Shown piece after piece: positions 51,161 through 58,784 of a stretch of DNA of 64,000 bases. The stretch spans positions 10,061 to 74,060 of the forward strand of contig VMEP01000001.1 of the NCBI GenBank assembly GCA_007375595.1, in the 5' to 3' direction. The stretch is from Parcubacteria group bacterium LiPW_30 (GTDB lineage: Bacteria > Patescibacteriota > Minisyncoccia > Phycocordibacterales > VMEP01). A program made the translations under genes and the position numbers. The notes beneath the pieces are model-generated. The model was given only the letters and a program-made list of their open reading frames with translations. It did no database searches and was not told the origin of the DNA. Within the stretch, counting starts at the first letter, position 1. Every line of letters starts with the position of its first letter.

Positions 51161-51244
51161 AAGGGAAAAGTAACGACGAAACTATAACAAAAAGCGCGGT
51201 TATGGGCAACAAAATCTTTTTTTAAACAAACATACTAAAAATTA

Positions 51245-51275
51245 AAAGCCGCCCCGGTGAAACCGGGACGGCTTT
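51245..51275 (-). terminator. Intrinsic terminator
   Basis: AAAGCCGcCCCGG..CCGGGaCGGCTTT hairpin after the 51287 stop. Confidence 0.6.
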
Positions 51276-51286
51276 GTTCTGGTCTT

Positions 51287-51508
51287 TCACCAGTGTACGT
51301 GCAGTATGCTCGCCAACTTGAACGGGGCGAGCCAGAACCAAGCAAGCGGTACGTACTCCCCATTCAGCGCATTGAAGAAAGCCAAAGTGCTGAACGTCAT
51401 GTAAAAAAGAAGCAATACCGCCGTCGCCCCCCAGAAATACTCGGAGGCAGTGCCGTTATTTTCCGGCCGAAAAACGATATCCTTCACATCTCTGCCGAAG
51501 TACAGCAT
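51287..51508 (-). CDS. Small hydrophobic hypothetical protein
   Basis: AAGGAGAGG SD, TM segment and a terminator downstream. Confidence 0.6.
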   Translation of the reverse strand: MLYFGRDVKDIVFRPENNGTASEYFWGATAVLLLFYMTFSTLAFFNALNGEYVPLAWFWLAPFKLASILHVHW

Positions 51509-51584
51509 GATCCTCTCCTTGAGTTATGATACTGATTTGCCTGACTAATTCACATACCGCAGAGCTGGGGCGAATTCAAATTAC

Positions 51585-51749
51585 TTACCCCATCCACAAA
51601 ACGAACAACGTCAGCAAGACAACGACTCCGGTAACAATCGCCACCAAACTAAAATGCCTTTCCCTCTCGTGTAATTCAGGCGATACCGGATCATAGAAAC
51701 GAGGAGGGACCTTGTGCGCTCTCATTTGCCACCACTCATGTGATTTCAT
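51585..51749 (-). CDS. 54-aa protein with a C-terminal TM helix (missed by the ORF track)
   Basis: GGAGG SD, MKSHEWWQMRAHKVPPRFYDP...FSLVAIVTGVVVLLTLFVLWMG*. Confidence 0.55.
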   Translation of the reverse strand: MKSHEWWQMRAHKVPPRFYDPVSPELHERERHFSLVAIVTGVVVLLTLFVLWMG

Positions 51750-51844
51750 GGTTTCAACCTCCGAAACGAGTGTTGTGATTCACAAAGAACCTCTCAGTTT
51801 GTTATCCTAACTCCTATTGAATCACACAATGGCTTAAAAGTCAA

Positions 51845-51878
51845 TACCCCGTACTAGAACAAAGTTCAGTACGGGGTA
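51845..51878. repeat. Solo CCCGTAC/GTACGGG palindrome
   Basis: TACCCCGTACT-aGAAC-AAA-GTTC-AGTACGGGGTA. Same core as the repeats around the 32.6-kb GIY-YIG gene. Confidence 0.7.
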
Positions 51879-51937
51879 AGCCTAAAATAATCGCTTTTTG
51901 AGCTACATTATTTTTTTGTTTCTCTCGCTCTCTCTAC

Positions 51938-54235
51938 TTATATCTCACAAATTCCTGCCACACATGCGAGTTCTGCTTTGTTTTCCGTTTCATCAACTTT
52001 CTCATAAGTTACAATCTTTGAGAAATCAATATGTTCCCATCGCTTTGCTAACTCAATATATTTCTTTTCATCTATTTCTTCGTAAGGTGCAAGCTGATAG
52101 ACGTGATTATCTCGTGGCAAGAACGAAAGTCCACCAACTATATCCCAATTTTTATATACCCAATGTCCAACATCAATCCACTCTGTATCGCCGACAGAAA
52201 TTGTCGTCGATGGGTTATGTTCTGTGTAATGTGTTTTATACATCTTCCAATATTCCAATTGATCAATCGCCGTTAAATCATTCTTGAAAATCGAACCCTT
52301 TGGAGCACGTACTGGAAAATCAATAACAAAGGTTGTTGCTGAATCAGCGGTTTGTCCAACTTCAGGATGATATGGCACTCCCTGGTCTTTCAACATTTTA
52401 AAAAGAGAATCTGTCGAAGCGATACGCACGCGACGAATATAAAATGGTGCAAAACGTGGATGCATCCCAGAAGAAGAATCAACTGTCTGCGAAAGATTTC
52501 CTGACGGTTTAACTGCTGTTATAGCAGTTGAAGGATTTATTCCAAACCTCTTGGCGTATTGTTGGTTCACTTTTATTGTCTCATTGCGAAGTTTATCCAA
52601 GACATCTGCTTTACGCGCTGTTGGACAGTCCCACTGTCCTGTAACAGAAACTCCAAGCAACCTTTCCGTATCACAATTTTCTTTCCACTCTTTTGAAAGA
52701 TACGGAAAGTTCGTGAGTGTTGATTGGTATGTCCCAATGATTGTCGCGATTCGGATTTTCTTAAGAAGTTTTTCAACAGTATCTCCCGGACGAGCAATAA
52801 CCTCTGAAAGATTACAAAACTGTTTTGATTGTAGGATTATTTCTCCACATGGGTTTACTCCAACAGAACCAGTCATACGTCCATTTGTTATATGTTGGTC
52901 CATAAACTTAAGACGTCTCTCTGGAAGTGTCGTTGCCAAAGAACCACGGTTGAATATTCCACGCTCCCCTGATTTTGATTTCATCAAAGCAATCCACTCA
53001 TCCAAAAATTCTTCGGTTGTTGGTTTGTCTACATAAACAGCAGAATTGTTGGCAAGTGCACGCTGTGGATCTGTGTAGTAAAATGGGCCCTTTTTAGAGT
53101 CTCTCATCTCTACGTCACCCAAATCTGACAAGGAAATCATGGCGCTTCTTCTCACCCCTCCAGAAACCACACATTCACCAATTTTGCATAAAATATCGTG
53201 TGCGTCGAGCGGAGAAAGCTTACGTCCTTGTTTCTTCAACATCCTCTCACGAGTAAAATCGATAACAGAACGAATCGGATCAGGTCCTGATGATTTTCCA
53301 CCCATTGTTTTTAAACGAGCGCCAGCTGGACGAAGTGCAGAATAATCAAACTCAATATCTTTTCCTTCAGACCAAGTCTTCATTCCAAGAACAATCGCAT
53401 CTGCCCATCCCTCCTTACTATCATCAATAACATGCTTTGGTGATTTTTTTCCTGTCTGATATTTGATTGAAGGAAGTTTGTCGATGTTTTGATTTTCTAC
53501 AGCATAACCAACACCAGTACCACACATTAATATGTACATGACCTCTCCGAAATCTTGCCATGCAGTTGGAGCAATGAATGAACAATTATATGCGCAGATA
53601 TTTGTTTTACGTGCAGCAAGACCAGCAAACTGGAAAAGTCGCATTGATGGCATCGCTTCTTGTTTTAAGATTGCTTCTCTTATTTCTTTATACTCTTCTT
53701 CTTTTAATTTCTTACCAAGATTCTCGCGCATAAAATCGACATAACGATCAACCGTTTCAACCCAAGTCTCTCGTCGTCCTTCACCATCAATCCATCTTGA
53801 ATATGTGCGGTAGTAAATAAATTCTCCTAATACATTTCTAAAATATTTTTTACTTTCCTCTGAAAGCTTTCGCACCTTCTCTGGAACCTCTCCAACTTCA
53901 CGGCGTAAACGAGAACGTTCCTCTCTATAAAGAATATATGCCTTTGCTGTCTTTACGTAGTCTTCTGTGATGAGCTGTGCTTCAACGAAATCTTGAATTC
54001 CTTCCACTGTTGGAACAAAATTCTTTACAAGTTTATTCACTCGCAAAAGCTCAGAATAAACTTTGCGAGAAATATATTCCGCTTCCTTCTCGCTTCCCTC
54101 TCCTGTCGCAACCATTGCCTTGTTTACTGCACTCGTAACTCTGTCAATATCAAAATCAACTATCGTACCATCACGTTTTTGAATTTTTTTGATTAGTAAT
54201 GGTAATTTCTGTGCAACTTTTGCGACTTTCGACAT
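51938..54235 (-). CDS. nrdJ: Class II (adenosylcobalamin-dependent) ribonucleotide reductase with an N-terminal ATP cone
   Basis: IQKRDG ATP cone, RTYSR..RRETWVETVDR, AYNCSF, VVSGGVRRSA, NPCGEI, TAVKPSG and a C-terminal CVAGICE. No nrdB nearby. Confidence 0.88.
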   Translation of the reverse strand: MSKVAKVAQKLPLLIKKIQKRDGTIVDFDIDRVTSAVNKAMVATGEGSEKEAEYISRKVYSELLRVNKLVKNFVPTVEGIQDFVEAQLITEDYVKTAKAYILYREERSRLRREVGEVPEKVRKLSEESKKYFRNVLGEFIYYRTYSRWIDGEGRRETWVETVDRYVDFMRENLGKKLKEEEYKEIREAILKQEAMPSMRLFQFAGLAARKTNICAYNCSFIAPTAWQDFGEVMYILMCGTGVGYAVENQNIDKLPSIKYQTGKKSPKHVIDDSKEGWADAIVLGMKTWSEGKDIEFDYSALRPAGARLKTMGGKSSGPDPIRSVIDFTRERMLKKQGRKLSPLDAHDILCKIGECVVSGGVRRSAMISLSDLGDVEMRDSKKGPFYYTDPQRALANNSAVYVDKPTTEEFLDEWIALMKSKSGERGIFNRGSLATTLPERRLKFMDQHITNGRMTGSVGVNPCGEIILQSKQFCNLSEVIARPGDTVEKLLKKIRIATIIGTYQSTLTNFPYLSKEWKENCDTERLLGVSVTGQWDCPTARKADVLDKLRNETIKVNQQYAKRFGINPSTAITAVKPSGNLSQTVDSSSGMHPRFAPFYIRRVRIASTDSLFKMLKDQGVPYHPEVGQTADSATTFVIDFPVRAPKGSIFKNDLTAIDQLEYWKMYKTHYTEHNPSTTISVGDTEWIDVGHWVYKNWDIVGGLSFLPRDNHVYQLAPYEEIDEKKYIELAKRWEHIDFSKIVTYEKVDETENKAELACVAGICEI

Positions 54236-54523
54236 ATTTTTATTAAAAAATTAAAAAAACTGGTAAAAATTAGCTCATCACGAGCTTGTAAAGTTCATTT
54301 TACAGTAAATTCATCCCACCGGCACTGTGGATTGCCATAAAATTAATAAACAAAAACATAAAATCTTTCTTGTAAACCCCGCGTCAAATTTACCGCTTCA
54401 AACTAAGGCTAAATAGATACCCTTTTCTATTTATGACAAACAATTTCCCAAAAAAATATCAAACTTTTCAAAGAAAACTGCCCTTTACTATCTCTTCCAA
54501 AGAGTCAGAAAATTAACTACCTA

Positions 54524-55078
54524 TTAGATGGAGAAATTAACTTTGTCACCAACTTTAAGTTTGTTTTTTGAAAAAAATCCAGATGAAACCTCTAATACGT
54601 AGGTCGCATTAGAAGCTGGTTGAAAAATACCAGGGTATGTTTCTGGTAAAACATTTTCCTCTGCATAAATAATTTCTTTATTTTCGTTAATCCAAATGAT
54701 ATCTAATGCGAATTTCATACCTTCCATCCAAAAACCGTAGATATCTGGTTCTTCAAAAACAAAAAACATACCTTCGTTTGGTAAAAGTGAATCACGACCA
54801 GAAAGACCAATGGTTCTCTCTTCTTCTGTACTAGCGACGATAACGTTTATTGTTGCGTCACCGATAGAAACTTGGGTATTTTTTTTATTTTCTCCCACCA
54901 AGGAAGTTGGTGCTTGATTTAAAGACTTACTATCTTTATCTTCTGAAAAAAACTTTTCTGTTCTTGTGGAATTTCCCAAATAAGAAAGTATTAAAAGCAA
55001 ACCAACGAAAGCGACAACAAAGCGTAACCATTTTGGAATCAAACCACAGATTGAGCAATTTATTTTTTTGAAATTCAT
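54524..55078 (-). CDS. DUF192 family protein
   Basis: GLSGRDSL...GMFFVF, FWMEGMKFALDIIWI and YVLEV. Confidence 0.85.
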   Translation of the reverse strand: MNFKKINCSICGLIPKWLRFVVAFVGLLLILSYLGNSTRTEKFFSEDKDSKSLNQAPTSLVGENKKNTQVSIGDATINVIVASTEEERTIGLSGRDSLLPNEGMFFVFEEPDIYGFWMEGMKFALDIIWINENKEIIYAEENVLPETYPGIFQPASNATYVLEVSSGFFSKNKLKVGDKVNFSI

Positions 55079-55102
55079 TTTATTATTTTTTAATTTTAAA
55101 TG

Positions 55103-55606
55103 TTACTGACCTTTGTAAAGATTAATATTTGGATTATCCCAACCTGAGTATACCGGGTTGGAACTATTTTCTAACCTAGTTCCAACTATATAATTTTGAT
55201 CACTACCAGTATATATGTATGGTGGAGTACTTCCAGTTGGTTTATATCTTCTCGCATAATAATAACCATATTGAGCAGCGATGTTGGTTGGATCAACTGG
55301 TGTAGCGCTAAGATAATTTGGTTTTACGCCCAAAGTATTTAAATTCACATAACCTCCAGAAGCAGTAGAGTTACAATAATCAGCAACGCCACACGCAGGA
55401 TAAAATCCATTGTCAGTGTGATACATCTCAATTGCTTTAATTAACTGATTCATGTCAGCCAATCTTCTTGTATCCCTCGCCTTCACTCGCGCGGTATTTA
55501 ATGAAGCAATGACGATAGATGACAAAATCCCAATAATGGCGATGACCACCAAAAGTTCAATAAGTGTAAAACCTTTTTTATCTTTAATTAGGTTCTTGGA
55601 AATCAT
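55103..55606 (-). CDS. Type IV pilin / pseudopilin
   Basis: Prepilin cleavage motif KG|FTLIELLVVIAIIGILSSIV, followed by ARVKARDTRR. Confidence 0.9.
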   Translation of the reverse strand: MISKNLIKDKKGFTLIELLVVIAIIGILSSIVIASLNTARVKARDTRRLADMNQLIKAIEMYHTDNGFYPACGVADYCNSTASGGYVNLNTLGVKPNYLSATPVDPTNIAAQYGYYYARRYKPTGSTPPYIYTGSDQNYIVGTRLENSSNPVYSGWDNPNINLYKGQ

Positions 55607-55685
55607 AGGGTGCTGATACTTGCCCCGAATTATAACAAATCAATGTATTTTTATACATATTTAGCCTTGTTTTTAGGGAGTTTTA

Positions 55686-55855
55686 GAGGCGGAGAGATTC
55701 GGCTCCACATAAAATTTTGTCGTCACAAAATTTTTGCTAGCCGCGCCTCGCGATTTTTGTTGCTACAAAAATATCGCTCCGGCGTTCAAATCTCTCGCGC
55801 AATGTGTGCAGACACATTGCTCGCCTCCGCAGTTTTTCACTGCGTTTCAAAACTG
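55686..55855 (-). repeat. Hairpin-rich ~170-nt element ending in a 16-bp copy of the tRNA-Ser 3' end
   Basis: GAGGCGGAGAGATTCG at 55686-55701 repeats the tRNA 3' region. Four hairpins lie in between. Confidence 0.7.
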
Positions 55856-56005
55856 CGGAGGCGGAGAGATTCGAACTCTCGGTGGGTTGCCCCACACAGA
55901 CTTTCCAGGTCTGCGCACTAGACCGCCCACCGCTAAAGCGGGGTCCCGCCTCATCGCATCCTGCGAGATCCCGCCAAAGGCGGTGAAAAGGCGGTGATAT
56001 GCGAC
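55856..56005 (-). pseudogene. tRNA-Ser copy lacking its first 6 nt, with a 71-nt palindromic insertion in the D-loop
   Basis: 55856-55926 is identical to 56019-56089. Insertion at 55927-55997, then GTCGCATA. Confidence 0.8.
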
Positions 56006-56018
56006 CTTATATACAAAG

Positions 56019-56103
56019 CGGAGGCGGAGAGATTCGAACTCTCGGTGGGTTGCCCCACACAGACTTTCCAGGTCTGCGCACTAGACCGCTATGCGACGCC
56101 TCC
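56019..56103 (-). tRNA. tRNA-Ser(GGA), intact
   Basis: GGAGGCG/CGCCTCC acceptor stem, CAGAC-CT-GGA-AA-GTCTG anticodon arm, long variable arm and GTTCGAATC T-loop. Confidence 0.95.
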
Positions 56104-56124
56104 GCTTTGTATATAAATAAAAAA

Positions 56125-56364
56125 CTAAGAAATTAACTTTTTAAATGCTTCCCCTCCTTTGTATGACTTTATTTTTTTCTCTCTCAGCCAAGCTTCCTTC
56201 TTAGAATCAAAAACTTCTTTGTACACTAATCTCCATGGGCTACCACTTTTTGTTGAACGGTTCGCTCCAGAATTATGATGTTTCAACCTATCATCAATAT
56301 TTGATGTAAATCCAATATAATATCTACTTGTTACTTCGCTTTGAATTATATATACGCTGTACAT
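56125..56364 (-). CDS. Stand-alone GIY-YIG nuclease, 79 aa
   Basis: MYSVYIIQS....YYIGFTSNIDDRLKHHN.G...STK...PWRLVYKE....EAWLREKKIKSYKGG. Confidence 0.92.
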   Translation of the reverse strand: MYSVYIIQSEVTSRYYIGFTSNIDDRLKHHNSGANRSTKSGSPWRLVYKEVFDSKKEAWLREKKIKSYKGGEAFKKLIS

Positions 56365-56368
56365 TTTT

Positions 56369-56441
56369 ACTAGACCGCCCACCGCTAAAGCGGGATCCCG
56401 CCAACGGCGGTGACCCAGAGGCGGTGATATGCGACGCCTCC
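56369..56441 (-). pseudogene. 5' fragment (nt 1-24) of tRNA-Ser with a 49-nt palindromic D-loop insertion
   Basis: GGAGGCGTCGCATA (56441-56428), insert 56427-56379, GCGGTCTAGT, then AAAA-ATG of the GIY-YIG gene. Confidence 0.8.
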
Positions 56442-56451
56442 GTGAAAAAGC

Positions 56452-56480
56452 ATTGTTGCAGAAAAAAACTAATAACGCAA
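56452..56480 (-). promoter_or_regulatory. Sigma70-like promoter of the tRNA-Ser/GIY-YIG locus
   Basis: TTGCGT-17 nt-AACAAT with an extended TG, about 10 nt before the 5' tRNA fragment. Confidence 0.5.
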
Positions 56481-56482
56481 AA

Positions 56483-57103
56483 CTAAATTGAGCGATAAAT
56501 AAAAAGACTTATAAGCGCGAGGACAATACTGATATACAAAAACAAGGACGAAGCAAAAAGAAGAATTGGTATTTGAGAGATAGCATAAATCCCCAACAGG
56601 CCTACCCCAAAAGACTGACAAACCATTTTTATTTTTCCTACCCCACGCGCCTCAACAACTTCCCCTCGAAATTTTTTACGATAATAAGCGTTCAAAATAA
56701 GAAGTATCTCAATTGAAATAACCATCGCAATAATAAATGGGGACAAAAAACGCGAGACCAAAATAAACCCAGCAACACCTATTAAAAGTTTATCTGCAAG
56801 TGGATCAAATAATTTCCCCCAATCTGTAACTTGCCCGCGAGTGCGCGCAATAGCGCCATCAAGAGCATCACTAAAAGCAGATACGGCAAACAACATAAAA
56901 CCTGTTGCGTAATATTCATAAAACAAAAGAAAAGTGACGAATGGAATAGAAACAAAACGAAAGACGGTAATGTGGTTTGGCACTACATAAATAGGTATTA
57001 GTGGTTCAAAGATAAAACTTATCGCTCTATCTTTAATACCAACTTTTACTTTTGTTTCTGTTACTTCACTCCAGAGAGAACTTTTTGTTTTAAAGATAGC
57101 CAT
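56483..57103 (-). CDS. CDP-alcohol phosphatidyltransferase (PgsA-like)
   Basis: PNHITVFR and SDALDGAIARTRGQVTDWGKLFDPLADK signature. Confidence 0.88.
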   Translation of the reverse strand: MAIFKTKSSLWSEVTETKVKVGIKDRAISFIFEPLIPIYVVPNHITVFRFVSIPFVTFLLFYEYYATGFMLFAVSAFSDALDGAIARTRGQVTDWGKLFDPLADKLLIGVAGFILVSRFLSPFIIAMVISIEILLILNAYYRKKFRGEVVEARGVGKIKMVCQSFGVGLLGIYAISQIPILLFASSLFLYISIVLALISLFIYRSI

Positions 57104-57115
57104 GTGTTTAGTATT

Positions 57116-58015
57116 CTACCCTACCAAAGCATTAACACGTTCATTAATCGGTGGATGGGTTGAAAAAATTTTTACTAAAAACGGAGTCTTGTTGTCGGAA
57201 TTATTATTCGCCCCAAATGGATTCGAAATAAAAAGGTGCGCCGTCGCGTTATTGGCCTTCACCATTGGACGGTTATATCCCCCAATTTTCTTAAGTGCAT
57301 TTGCAAGACCTTCTGGATATCTAGTCAAAAGTACCCCTGAAGCATCCGCCAAGAACTCCCGCTTACGAGAAACGGCAAGCTGAAGAAGTGTTGCGGCAAT
57401 TGGAGCCAGTATCATTAAAACAATTCCAATAGCCATGATTACCCCACTTGCCTTATTGTCACGGTCATTATTACCACCAAAAAAAGAAGCACGCATTGCC
57501 ATATCTGAAATAATAGTAATAAAACCAACAAGCACCACAGCGACAGTAGAAACCAACATGTCTCTATTCCCAATATGAGAAAGCTCATGAGCTATCACTC
57601 CCTCAAGCTCATTCTTATCTAAAATTTGAAGAAGTCCTGTTGTCACCGCAACAACTGAATGTTCTTTATTTCTTCCTGTTGCAAAAGCATTCGGGGCTTG
57701 ATCATCAATCACATAAAGTTTTGGCATTGGAAGTCCGGCTGTAATTGAAAGATTTTCTACTATTGTGTAGAAGTTGAAAAACTCAGCTCTCGTTGCCTCT
57801 CTCGCGCCGGTCATAGAAAGAACTATCTTGTCCGAAAACCAATAGCTTGTGATGTTCATTCCAATACTGAAAGCAATGGCGATATACAAAATACTTTGAT
57901 TCCCAAAATACAAACTAGCAAACCACCCCACACCAATCACCACAGCGAAAAACACTGTCATGATGAACCAAGTTTTCAGTATATTTTGAGTTTGATGAGT
58001 ATATGGATTGGTCAT
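57116..58015 (-). CDS. htpX: Zinc metalloprotease HtpX
   Basis: PNAFATGRN, VAVTTGLL, AHELSHI (HEXXH), REFLAD and STHPP. Confidence 0.93.
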   Translation of the reverse strand: MTNPYTHQTQNILKTWFIMTVFFAVVIGVGWFASLYFGNQSILYIAIAFSIGMNITSYWFSDKIVLSMTGAREATRAEFFNFYTIVENLSITAGLPMPKLYVIDDQAPNAFATGRNKEHSVVAVTTGLLQILDKNELEGVIAHELSHIGNRDMLVSTVAVVLVGFITIISDMAMRASFFGGNNDRDNKASGVIMAIGIVLMILAPIAATLLQLAVSRKREFLADASGVLLTRYPEGLANALKKIGGYNRPMVKANNATAHLFISNPFGANNNSDNKTPFLVKIFSTHPPINERVNALVG

Positions 58016-58073
58016 TAAAATAATAGATTTAGTAAATTAAGTTAATTATTTTTACAAAAGAAAAACAAAAAAT

Positions 58074-58634
58074 CTAGAACTTTACTTCAACTGGATTGCG
58101 AGCACTAGCATCAGCCTCATCTAGTTCAAAGAATTCCATTTTTCCAAAATGAAAAATTGAAGCAATAAGATTTCCTGGGAATGACTCAATTCCGATTGAT
58201 AAATCACGAGCATTCATATTATAGAACCTTCGTGCTGCTTGAATTTTGTTTTCTGTGTCTGCTAATTCATTTTGAAGAGCAAGAAAATTCTGATTTGCTT
58301 TAAGTTCTGGGTACGCTTCCGCTATTGCGAAAATTGATTTCAATGCACCGGAAAGCATATTTTCTGCTGCCGCCTTATCGGCAACACCACCTGCTCCCAT
58401 CGCTTTCGCGCGAGCATCAGATACTTTTTCAAAGGCAGAGCTTTCGTGAGTAGCATAACCTTTAACAGTGTTCACTAAATTAGGAATAAGATCATAGCGA
58501 CGTTTCAATTGAACATCAATATCAGACCAAGCCTCCTTTGTGCGATTAACCAAAGCAACAAAACTGTTGTAAGCAAATATACCCCAAACTACAACCACGG
58601 CGACGACTGCTAAAATAATGTTTATTGGTGTCAT
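58074..58634 (-). CDS. lemA: LemA family protein
   Basis: AWSDIDVQLKRRYDLIPNLV, EAYPELKANQNF and ARRFYN. Confidence 0.95.
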   Translation of the reverse strand: MTPINIILAVVAVVVVWGIFAYNSFVALVNRTKEAWSDIDVQLKRRYDLIPNLVNTVKGYATHESSAFEKVSDARAKAMGAGGVADKAAAENMLSGALKSIFAIAEAYPELKANQNFLALQNELADTENKIQAARRFYNMNARDLSIGIESFPGNLIASIFHFGKMEFFELDEADASARNPVEVKF

Positions 58635-58784
58635 AAAAAAATGAGTTAAAAAAAATTAATAACGATAAATAATATTAGTCGAATTATGACAGGACCACAC
58701 CTAAAATCAAGCAACGAAAAAACTCCCTAAAACATTTTGACTACAAAATGTTCGGGCTAGCCTAGGTGTACCAAAAACCCTAAG

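Noticed and set aside
54236-54523. Cobalamin riboswitch or NrdR boxes upstream of nrdJ
   Set aside because: No B12-box or convincing NrdR consensus could be found by eye; only small hairpins.
55610-55997. ORFs 55610-55921, 55734-55997 and 55804-55986
   Set aside because: They are antisense translations of tRNA copies and hairpins (e.g. RRRRDSNSR is a tRNA shadow).
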